A DNA stretch of 64,000 nucleotides, from positions 155,312,001 through 155,376,000 of the forward strand of contig NC_058368.1 in the NCBI RefSeq assembly GCF_018350175.1, in the 5' to 3' direction. The notes below the pieces were generated by a model. That model was not told where the DNA came from. It ran no database searches and saw only the letters and a list, made by a program, of their open reading frames with translations. The translations under genes were made by a program, and so were the position numbers. Origin of the DNA: Felis catus (lineage: Eukaryota). This document shows, piece by piece, positions 52,080-63,337 of this stretch. Each line of letters starts with the position of its first letter. Position 1 is the first letter of the stretch.

Positions 52080-52375
52080 CAGCATTTCCAAAACTGTGCT
52101 CTCTGGAACACTAATGTCTCAAGAGATATAAAGAGGAGTTCATGGATAGAAAGTGATTAGGAATGGCAGTCAAATAACTGGAAATGTTTAAACAAAATCA
52201 AAAAGGTTTCTTTACTATAACATTTTCCAAAACATTTATGTATATAATGAATATTTAAGAGATAAATATAGGAAGCAATGTTTTCCAAACTTATTTAACA
52301 ATGGAACTCTTTTTTAACAAACTTCTTTACATGTTTTAGGACATTAGTGTTTTGTAAAACAATTTGTAAATCTGA
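52080..52375. mobile_element. MER103C-like hAT-Charlie element
   Basis: 'cagcatttccaaaactgtgctctctggaacacta...ggtttctttacta...tttccaaacttatttaacaatggaac'. Confidence 0.7.
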
Positions 52376-52505
52376 TCTTTGTGTTCTCCGATACTAATGA
52401 AGTGACTGCATTTTTTATTTTCTACCTGTATCAGTCACAAGTCAATGCAATAACCTAGCAAATATTTTAAGTAAGAGGATAGTCAAGTAGTTTAAAAAAT
52501 ACTCC

Positions 52506-53440
52506 TAGATGTCCAAAAGACATATGAAAAGATGCTCATCACCACTAGGAAAATGTAAGTCAAAAACACAGTAAGTTATCACCTCCCAACTGTCAGAATG
52601 GCTAAACTCATCAACACAAGAAACAACATGTGTTGGGCGAGGCTGTGGAGAAAAAGGAACAACTGTGCACTGTTGGTAAGCCTGAAAACTGGGGCAGCCA
52701 CTGTGGAAAACAGTATGGAAGTTCCTCAAAAAAATAAAAATAGAACTACCTTATGATCCAGCAATTGCTTTACTGTGTATTTACCCAAACAGTACAAGAA
52801 CACTAATTTAAAGGGGTATATATGCATCCCTATGTTTATTGCAGCATTATACACAACAGCCAAATTAGGGAAGCAGCCCAAGCTTCCAGTGATAGATAAA
52901 TAGATAAAGAAGATGTGGTATATATATGTGTATGCACACAGACACACACACACACACACACACAGACAGTGGAATATTATTCAGCCATAAAAAAGAATGT
53001 AATCTTGACATTTGCAATGACATGGATGGAGCTAGAGAGTATAACGCTAAGTGAAATAAGTAAGTCAGAGAACGGCAAATACCATATGATTTCACTCATG
53101 TGTGGACTTTAAGAAACAAAACAAGCACAGAGAAAAAATAGGAGAGGAAAGGGAGAGAGGGAGGAAGGAAGGGAGAGAGGGAGAGAGGGAGGGGGAGCAG
53201 GGAGGGAGAGAGAGAGAGGGAAGGAGGGAGGGAGAGATCAAGAAAAAGACTTAATTATGGAGCACTGATGTTACCAGAGGAAAAGTGGGTGGGAGAATGG
53301 GTTAAATAGATGACGCACTTGTCAAGATGAGCACAGGGAGATGTATGGAAGTAATGAATCACTATATTGTACTCCTGAAGCTAATATAACACTTTGTTAA
53401 CTAACTGGACTTAAAAACTTAAAATATTTTTTAAAAAGAT
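52506..53440 (+). mobile_element. 5'-truncated carnivore L1 (ORF2 end plus 3' UTR)
   Basis: 'atgaaaagatgctcatcacc', 'gtggagaaaaaggaac', 'acatggatggagctagag' and L1 terminus. Confidence 0.92.
53130..53237. repeat. Polypurine (GA/GGA-rich) tract in L1 3' UTR
   Basis: Direct reading; almost entirely purine. Confidence 0.9.
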
Positions 53441-53516
53441 ACAAGTACAAATAAGAAAAAAACATTCCTAGTTAAGGCAGAATCACCAATAACTCCTTTT
53501 TTAAAAAATAGAAACA

Positions 53517-53705
53517 GGGGTGTCTGGGTGGCTCAGTTAGTTAAGCATCTGACTCTTGGTTTTGGCTCAGGTTGTGATCTCACAATTTGTGAGTTCAATA
53601 CCTGCATCAGGCTCTGTGATGACAGTGTGGAGTCTGCTTGAGATTCTCTGTCTGCTTCTCTCTCTACCCCTTCTCTCTCTCAAAAATAAATAAACATTAG
53701 AAAAT
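53517..53705 (+). mobile_element. Can-SINE
   Basis: Standard head and tail. Confidence 0.93.
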
Positions 53706-53808
53706 AGGAACAAATTGAAAATCTGAACTGATTAACAACATGATGACAACCTGGCAACCATATTAAAAAAACTATCTAAATTTAATTTACAAAAGGTTTT
53801 AAGAAGGG

Positions 53809-53956
53809 TTTTTTTTTTGTTTTGTTTTTTGTTTTTAAGTAGGCTTCACACCCAGTGTGGAGACCAGCATGGGACTTGAACACACAAACCTGAGATCAAG
53901 ACTTGAGTTGAGATCAAGAGTCAGACATTTAACTGACTGAGCCACCCAGGCACCCC
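53809..53956 (-). mobile_element. Short older Can-SINE
   Basis: Poly-T then 'aagtaggcttcacaccc...ctgagccacccaggcacccc'. Confidence 0.88.
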
Positions 53957-54492
53957 TCGAAGGTTTTTGAAGAAAACTGACAGCTATAGAATTCTTGGTG
54001 AATTAAATGTATAATATATAGTCATTTCTTGATTATGACTACAACAAATTTTAATTCTAAATTGGCTTCTCCCTACCACTGAACACATTTCAGAATAATA
54101 CTTTCCTTTTCCCTACAAGCACATGGTGTATACTCAGCCAATACAAAGTAATTTAAATATTAACTTAACCAACACATAATTTTGACATAATTAAGTACAC
54201 TTGAGGGCAATGAGCTCTCTACTTTGCTTATGGCTGAAGTTTCTGAAGGAAAAGACTTTATTGACACTTATTTACACAATTGTAAGGTAATTTTACTGTG
54301 ACTCAAAAGTCACATAATGCATTCCGAAGATCCCTGTAAATTAATTTTAAATTACCTAGTGTTTCATGTAATGCATACCATTTGTCTTCAATTTTAAAGA
54401 TAAGTAAAAACTGTTTCTATTTTTAAAATATACTGGTTTAAAGCAATTAACTATACTATAGCATGGAAGGCATTATAACTGCTAAAATTCAA

Positions 54493-54695
54493 AGATTTTT
54501 TAAAAATTTTTTTAATGTTTATTTATTTTTGACAGAGAGAGACAGAGTGTGAGCAGAGGAGGGGCACAGAGAGAGGGAGACACAGAATCTAAAACAGGTT
54601 CCAGGCTCTGAGTTGTCAGCACAAACTCATGAACCCTGAGATCATGACCTGAGCCAAAGTTGGATGCTTAACCAACTGAGCCACCTAGGCACCCC
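54493..54695 (-). mobile_element. Can-SINE with ~10-bp TSD
   Basis: TSD taaaattcaa at 54483-54492 and 54696-54705. Confidence 0.94.
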
Positions 54696-54769
54696 TAAAA
54701 TTCAATTATAGTTTTATCAAAAGTACAAAAATGATAATAACACAGTTACTCTTGAAGAATATTAACAAA

Positions 54770-56986
54770 ACTCTTAAAACAATTTGACAACACTTTAACT
54801 CCCATCCATGAAAGATTAACTTCTATGAAAATTGCCCTAAAATTGTAAATATTAGAAAACTTGATAAAATACATAAAACAAAAGCTTTCTGACTCTGGGT
54901 AACAGACAGCATAGAACTGTAAACCCTGAAAGAAGGCAAACAAACTAGATGAACCCTCCAATTGCCCTTACTACCTGGAAGCATTCTCCAGGCTTAAGAG
55001 CAGAGACAGTAAATCCAAATAAGACTTAAAGCAGTTAGCTTAAGAGATAAATAGAGGCATCTGGGTAATCTTGACACATCTAGAATTTTGGGGGCAGGGG
55101 GTAACTAAACAGAAAGATAGCTCTGAAAATATGCAGAGGGTCTCCTCAAATCTTTGGCTGAATATTTATCTACATATGGATGAAGTAAAACTCCTCAAAG
55201 CTAAGGGAAAAAAAAAAACAGCACATCAAACAATTCTCATAGTCTCACTGAGCTAAGAATAGTTCATACAGGTCAGAGTAGAGAGATAATTTAAAACATA
55301 AAGTATCAGTAGTCTGCAATGAGACTAACTTAGTGAGTCTAAGTTAGAGAGACTAACAGCTAGAATAAGGCTTCTCTGGAAGCCCTAACAAAACTCAAAA
55401 CCAAACCACAAAAGTGTAAAACTGATCCTAAGTAATTCAATTACATCCAGAAAAAAGTCCAATATTCTTTAAAGGAATATAACAAAACCCAGCACCCAGA
55501 AATATAAAATGCATTATGTCTGGCATCTGATCAATCAGATAGTAAAGAAGTAGGAAAACATGGCCCATAACCAGATAAAAAGCAATCCATCAAAACCTAG
55601 AGAAAAAAATCAACAGAGTGACAGAGATGGTAGAATCAGCAGATGAGATTAAAACAACTATCATATGCTCCGTATGTTAAAGAATGTAGTGGAAAACATG
55701 AACATGTTGAAGAAAAGAGATATAACATACTTTTTAAAAAGTTAAAAGTCTAGAACTGGTAGTTATAAAATCTGAAATGAAAATGGCACTAGGTGGGATA
55801 AATCACAAAACAGAGATCACCAAAAAACAAAAAACAAACAAAACAAAACAAAACACCCCAGTGAACTTGACGACAGCAAAACTATCCCAAATGAAGCACA
55901 AATAGAAAAAGACCCTAAAACATGAATGCAGCTTCAGATACCTGTAGGAAAATATCATGCTGACTAATATACATGTAATTGGAGTCTCAGAAGAAAATGA
56001 GAGAAGAGAAAAATATTTTTTTAAATAATCACCATAAATTTTCTAAATTCAGTGAAAAATATCGATCCACAGATACAGAGAGCTCAAGAAATCCTGAACA
56101 GAATAAACGTAAATAAAACCACACAGCAAACTAGAAATAAAAGAGTTTCCTCAAACTGATAATGGAAATCTAGGGGAAAAAGTCATACCAATGAGAAAAA
56201 GACTGAATTTTTTATTCCCAAGATTGGGAACAAAGCAAGAATGCATGTTTTAAACACTTCTAGTCAACATTGTGCTAGAGTTCCCAGGGAAAAATAATAA
56301 TAGGAGGCAGATAAATTAGGAAGTAAAAGTAGGGGCGCCTGGGTGGCGCAGTCGGTTAAGCGTCCGACTTCAGCCAGGTCATGATCTCGCGGTCCGTGAG
56401 TTCGAGCCCCGCGTCAGGCTCTGGGCTGATGGCTCAGAGCCTGGAGCCTGTTTCCGATTCTGTGTCTCCCTCTCTCTCTGCCCTTCCCCCGTTCATGCTC
56501 TGTCTCTCTCTGTCCCCAAAAAAATAAATAAACGTTGAAAAAAAAAATTAAAAAAAAAAGAAAGTAAAAGTAATACTGCCTTTGCAATAAATGGCATGTG
56601 ATAAATGGCATGTGTATTATTATTTATGTAAGGGACCTACAAAAAACAAATAATAACAGCAAAAACTACTAGAGCTAATAAGTGAATTTAATAAGGTCAT
56701 GGAATTAAAAGTCAACATGCAAAAATCTACTGTATTTCTACATACCACAAACAATTGGAAACTGAAATTCACAAAGCAACACTGTTTAATAGCAACAAAA
56801 ATTGGAAATAATTGGGAATAAATTTAACAAAATGTGTGAAAGATCTGTACACTGAAAACTACAAAACTGCTGATAAAAATTAAAAATCTACATACATTAA
56901 GAGATATACCACATTTATGGAGAAGATCCAATTTCCCCCAAACTAATCTATAGATTTGATACAATTCCCTAATGAAAATCCCAGTA
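54770..56986 (+). mobile_element. Ancient L1 (L1M-type): 5' region, ORF1 remnant and internally deleted ORF2 remnant
   Basis: ORF1-like 'atacatgtaattggagtctcagaag'; ORF2-like 'tcaacattgtgctagag', 'actactagagctaataagtgaattt' and 'ctaatctatagatttgatacaattcc'. Confidence 0.75.
56332..56561 (+). mobile_element. Young SINEC_Fc-type SINE with 11-bp TSD
   Basis: Near-identical to 14812-15047; TSD aagtaaaagta at 56321-56331 and 56562-56572. Confidence 0.97.
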
Positions 56987-57369
56987 GGAGAAGTCAACAT
57001 GATGGGGGGGGGGGGGGGGGGGCAAAGTTCCCTCACTCCTCAAACACAGCAGTATGGAGGCCAAAACACTTGAAATTCCAGGAATTTGTACTACAGAGTG
57101 ACAGAAACTTATCCAGGGGCCCACGAAGACAACTTGGAGGAACAGAGAGTTACTTCAATGAACAAATCAAAGCGCACTTGGTGGAAGGTCCAAACCACCA
57201 CTAGGGAGATAAAGCAACCAGAGATACAACAGTGAGCATGTAACACACTCTAAAAACACCTTCTGAAGGGCCAGTATTAAAAAGTAGTACTTTTTAATAT
57301 AGTACTACTCACAGGTGCAGGACACATAACACGCTATTAAAACATGTAAAAGACAGGAAACTAGCTAAA

Positions 57370-58230
57370 ATGGCAAAACAAAAGAATTTTCTGCAAAAGA
57401 AATTCCAGGACGAAATGGCAGCCACAGAATTGCTCAAAACAGATATAAACAGCATATCTGAACAAGAATTTAGAATAATGGACACAAGACTAATAGCTGG
57501 GCTTGAAAAAAGCATAGAAGACAGCAGAGAATCTATTGCTGCAGAGATCAAGGACCTACGAAATAATCACGATGAATTAAGAAATGTTGTAAAAGAGGTG
57601 CAAAGTAAACTACAAGTAACAACAGCAAGGACGGAGCAAGCAGAGGGGAAGATAAGTGAAAGAGAAGATAAAATTATGGAAAATGATGAAGCTGAGAAAA
57701 AGAGAGATAGGAAAATACTAGACCACAAGAGGAGAATTAGAGACCTAAGTGATTTAATGAAACATAATAATATCCATATCACAGGAGTTCCAGAAGAAGA
57801 AGAGGCGGGGGGCAGAAGGTTTATTTGAACAAATTATATCTGAGAACTTCCCTAATCTGGGAAGGAAGCACACATTCAAGTCCAGGAGGCACAGAGAACT
57901 CCCTTTAGATTCAAAAAGAATAGGTCTTCACCACAACATATCATAGTGAAACTGGCAAGATACAAAGATGAAGAGAAAATTCTGAAAGCACTAGAGACAA
58001 ACAGTCCTTAACCTACAGGGGTAGACACATAAGGGTAATAGCAGAACTGTCCACTGAAACTTGGGAGGACAGAAGAGAGTGACAAGAAATATTCACTGTG
58101 CTGAATAGGAAAAATATGCAGCCAAGAATCCTTTATAATAGGAGAGATAAAGGTTTTTGCAGACAAGCAAAAACTGAAGGAGTCCATGACCACTAAACCA
58201 GTCCTGCCAGATATCCTAAGGGGAATCCGT
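57370..58230 (+). pseudogene. L1 ORF1p, frameshifted after ~codon 145
   Basis: Coiled-coil region plus 'NNIHITGVPEEE' motif; downstream 'ENFPNL' lies in another frame. Confidence 0.9.
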
Positions 58231-58560
58231 GAGCGGAAAGCAGCAAAGACTGCAAAGGACCAGAGACATCACCATAAGCACAAAATCTACAGATAACACG
58301 ATACTAAATCCATACCTTTCAATAATCACTCTGACTGTAATGGACTAAATGCCCCAATCAAAACACACAGGGCATTAGGATGGGTAAAAAAAACATGATC
58401 CATCCATATGCTGTCTACAAGAGACTCATTTTAGACCTGACGACACTTACAGATTGAAAGTGAGGGGATGCAGAACCATCTATCATGCTACTGGAAGTCA
58501 AAAGAAAACTGGAATAGCCATACTTATATCAGACAAACTATATTTTAAACTAAAGACTGT

Positions 58561-60056
58561 TGGCACAAAAACAGACACATAGACCAATGGAATAGAATAG
58601 AAACCCCAGAACTAGACCCACAAACGTAAGGCCAACTAATCTTTGACAAAGCAGGAAAGAACATCTAATGGAAAAAAGACAGTCTCTTTAACAAATGGTG
58701 CTGGGAGAACTGGACAGCAACATGCAGAAGGTTGAAACTAGACCACTTTCTCACACCATTCACAAAAATAAACTCAAAATGGATAAAGGACCTGAATGTG
58801 AGACAGGAAACCATCAAAACCCTAGAGGAGAAAGCAGGAAAAGACCTCTCTGATCTCAGCCGTAGCAATCTCTTACTCGACACATCCCCAAAGGCAAGGG
58901 AATTAAAAGCAAAAATGAACTACTGGGACCTTATGAAGATAAAAAGCTTCTGCACAGCAAAGGAAACAACCAACAAAACTAAAAGGCAACCAATGGAATG
59001 GGAAAAGATATTTGCAAATGACATATCGGACAAAGGGCTAGTATCCAAAATCTATAAAGAGCTCACCAAACTCCACACCCAAAAAACAAATAACCCAGTG
59101 AAGAAATGGGCAGAAAGCATGAATAGACACTTCTCTAAAGAAGACCTCCGGATGGCCAACAGGCACATGAAAAGATGCTCAATGTCGCTCCTTATCAGGG
59201 AAATACAAATCAAAACTACACTCAGATACCACCTCACGCCAGTCAGAGTGGCCAGAATGAACAAATCAGTAGACTATAGATGATGGAGAGGATGTGGAGA
59301 AACGGGAACCCTCTTGCACTGTTGGTGGGAATGCAAATTGGTGCAGCCACTCTGGAAAACAGTGTGGAGGTTCCTCAGAAAATTAAAAATAGACCTACCC
59401 TATGACCCAGCAATAGCACTGCTCCAGGAATTTACCCAAGGGATACAGGAGTACTGATGCACAGGGGCACTTGTACCCCAATGTTTATAGCAGCACTCTC
59501 AACAATAGCCAAATTATGGAAAGAGTCTAAATGTCCATCAATTGATGAATGGATAAATAAATTGCGGTTTATATACACAATGGAGTACTACAAGGCAATG
59601 AGAAAGAATGAAATATGGCCCTTTGTAGCAACGTGGATGGAACTGGAGAGTGTGATGCTAAGTGAAATAAGCCATACAGAGAAAGACAGATACCATATGT
59701 TTTCACTCTTATGTGGATCCTGAGAAACTTAACAGAAACCCATGGGGGAGGGGAAGGGAAAAAAAAAAGAGGTTAGAGTGGGAGAGAGCCAAAGCATAAG
59801 AGACTGTTAAAAACTGAGAACAAACTGAGGGTTGATGGGGGGTGGGAGGGAGGGGGGGTGGGTGATGGGTATTGAGGAGGGCACCTTTTGGGATGAGCAC
59901 TGGGTGTTGTATGGAAACCAATTTGACAATAAATTTCATATATTGAAAAAAAATAAAATCTAAAAAAAATAAATAAATAAATAAATAATAAAAAAAATAA
60001 AAAGTATGTTATATTTGCATTCATAAAAAAATAAAAATATATCCTCAAAAAAAAAA
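58561..60056 (+). mobile_element. 5'-truncated felid L1 (L1_Fc-like) nested in ORF2 of the older L1, with 15-bp TSD
   Basis: Abrupt jump from the EN domain to [17 protein letters not shown] 58732-59283 is the ORF2 C-terminus; 3' end 'aaccaatttgacaataaatttcata' plus poly-A; TSD taaactaaaga(c/g)tgt at 58546-58560 and 60057-60071. Confidence 0.95.
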
Positions 60057-62372
60057 TAAACTAAAGAGTGTAACAAGAGATGAAGGGCATTATATCATAA
60101 TTAAGGGGTATGTCCATCAAGAAGAGCTAACAATTATAAATGTTTATGCCTCTAACTTGAAAGAATATATGTGTGTGTGCATACACACACACATATATAT
60201 TTTTATGTATCTTAATTACAAACATAAGCAATATTATTGATAATAACACTGTAATTGTAGGTGACTTTAATATTCCACTTACAACAACGGACATATCATC
60301 TAGACAGAAAATCAATAAAGAAACAATGGCCTTGAATGATACACTGGACCAGATGGACTAGACAGATATATTCAGGACTTTTCATTCCAAAGCAGCAGAA
60401 TACACATTTTTCTTGAGTTCACATGGAACATTCCCCCAAAAAGATCACATACTTTTTGGGTCACAAAAAAGTTCTCAATAAATATAAAGGGATTGAGATT
60501 ATACCATGCATATTTCAGATCACAATGCTATGACACTTGAAATCACCACAAAAAAAAAAAATTGGAAAGCCTCCAAATACATGAATGTTAAAGAACATCC
60601 TACTAAAGAATGAATGGGTCAACCACGTAATTAAAGAAGAAATTTAAAAATATACGGAAGCAAATGAAAATGAAAACAGGAAAGTCCAAACCTTTAGGAT
60701 GCAGCAAAGGCAGCCCTAAAAGGAAAATACATTGCAATCCAGGCCTATCTCAAGAAGTAAGAAAAATCCCAAATACAAAACCTAACCTCACACCTAAAGG
60801 AACTAGAAGCAGAGCAGCAAAGAAACCCCAATGCTAGCATAAGTAGAGAAATAAGAAACATTAGAGCAGAAAAAAACAATATAGAATCCAAAATAAAAAA
60901 TAAACAGTATAACAGATCAATGAATCTAACAGCTGGTTTTTTGAAAGAATAAATGAAACTGATAAAACCTTAGCCAAATTTCTCAAAAAGAGAGAAAAAT
61001 CACAAATTAAAGGGGACAGATCACAACAAACACCACAGAAATACAAATAATTATTAGAGAATACTATGAAAAATTGCATGCCAACAAACTGGACACTCTG
61101 GAAGAAATGGACAATTCCTAGACACCCAAATACTACCAAAACTCAAACAGGAAGAAAAAGAAAATTTGAACAGACCCATAACCAGCAAAGAAATTGAATC
61201 AGTTATCAAAAATCTCCCAACAAATAAGTGTCCTGGGCCAGATGGCTTCCAGGGAATTCTACCAGACACTTAAAGAAGAATTAATACCTACTCTTCCCAA
61301 ATTGTTCCAAAAAATAGAAATGGAAGGAAAACTTCTGGACTTACTCTCCATTACTCAGCATTACCTTGATCCCAAACCAGACAGAGACCCCACTAAAAAG
61401 GGGAATTACAGGCCAATATCCCTGATAAACATGGATGCAAAAGTTCTCAACAAGATACTAGCAAATCGAATTCAACAGTATATTAAAAGAATTATTCACC
61501 ATGATCAAATGGGATTCATTCCTGGGCTGAAGGTCTGGTTCAGTATTCCTAAATCACTCAATGTGATACATCACATTAATAGAAGAATGAGAACATATGA
61601 TCTTGTCAATAGATGCAGAAAAAGCATTTGACAAAATATAGCATCCTTCTTAATAAAAACCCTCCAGAAAGTTGGGATAGGAGGAACATACTTTAACATC
61701 ATAAAAGCCATATATGAAAGGCCCACAGCTAATATCATCCTCAATGGGAAAAAAACTGAGAGCTTTCCCCATGAGATTAGAAACACAACAGGGATGTCCA
61801 CTCTCACCACTATTGTTTAACATACTGTTGGAATTCCTAGCATCAGCAATCAGACAACAAAATGAAATAAAAGGCATCCAAATTGGCAAAGAAGTAAAAC
61901 TTTCACTTTTCACAGATGGCATGATACTTTACATGGAGACCACAAAAGACTCCACCAAAAAAGTGCTAGAACTCATACATGAATTCAGCAAAGTCGCAGG
62001 ATAAAAAATCAATGTACAGAAATTAGTTGCATTTGTATACATCAATAATTAAGCAACAGAAAGAGAAATCAAGGAATTGGTCCCACTTACAACTGCCCCA
62101 AAGAGGTAAAAGATATGTATGCTGAAAACCATAGATAACTTATGAAAGAAACTGAAGAAGACACAAAGAAATGGAAAAACATTCCATGCTCATGGATTGG
62201 AAGAACAAATATTGTTAAAATGTCGGTATTACCCAAAGAAATCTACACATTCAATGCAATCCAAATCAAAATTGCACTGGCATTCTTCTCAGAGCTAGAA
62301 CAAACAATCCCAAAATTTGTATGGAACTACAAAAGACCCCAAATAGCCAAGTAATGTTGAAAAAGAAAACCA

Positions 62373-62593
62373 GGGACGCCTGGCTGGCTCAGTTGGTTGA
62401 GCGTCCGACTTCAGCCCGGGTCACGATCTCGCTGTCTGTGAGTTCGAGCCCCGCGTCAGGCTCTGGGCTGATGGCTCAGAGCCTGGAGGCTGCTTCCGAT
62501 TCTGTGTCTCCCTCTCTCTCTGCCCCTCCCCCGTTCATGCTCTGTCTCTCTCTGTCTCAAAATAAATAAACGTTAAAAAAAAAATTTAAAAAA
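62373..62593 (+). mobile_element. Felid Can-SINE nested in L1 ORF2, 13-bp TSD
   Basis: TSD aaaaagaaaacca at 62360-62372 and 62594-62606. Confidence 0.96.
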
Positions 62594-63080
62594 AAAAAGA
62601 AAACCAAAGCTGTAGGCATCACAATCCCAGACATTAAAAAGCTGTAATCACACAATAGTATTGTAGTAGCACGAAAACAGACACATAGACCAATGGAATA
62701 GAGAATCCAGAATTGGATCCACAAATGTATGGCCAACTAATGTTTGACAAAGCAAGAAAGAATATTCAATTGAAAAAAGACAGTCTTTTTAGCAAATGGT
62801 GCTGGGAGAACTGGACAGCAACATGCAGAAGAAAAACTGGACCACTTTCTTAGACCCTAGGCAAAAAATAAACTCAAAATGGATGAAAGACCTAAATGTG
62901 AGACAGGAAACCATTAAAACCCTAGAAAACAGGCAACAACCTCTTTGACCTCAGCCACAGCAACTTCTTACTCAACACATCTCTGAAGGCAAGGGAAATA
63001 GAAGCAAAAATGAACTCATCAAGATAAAAATCTTCTGCACTGCAAAGGAAAAAATCAACAAAATTAAAAGGCAACTAACA

Positions 63081-63242
63081 GAGGGCACGTGGGTGGCTCA
63101 GTTGGCGAAGCATCCAAGTTTGGCTCAGATCATGATCTCCCAGTTCATGAGTTCCAGCTCCCACACCAAGCTCTGTGCTGACAGCTCAGAGCCTGGGGCC
63201 TGCTTCGGATTCTGTGTCTCCTTCTCTCTCTGCTCCTCCCCT

Positions 63243-63294
<52 letters not shown>

Positions 63295-63337
63295 CCTTTC
63301 TCTTTCTCAAAAATAAATAAACATTAAAAAAAATTTT
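63081..63337 (+). mobile_element. Can-SINE nested in L1 ORF2 with long (CT)n
   Basis: Flanking aaggcaact at 63068-63076 and 63338-63346. Confidence 0.94.

Noticed and set aside
58732..59283. 183-aa ORF, the longest in the window
   Set aside because: It is the L1 ORF2 C-terminus of a 5'-truncated copy, ended by a premature TGA just before the cysteine-rich motif; not a host gene
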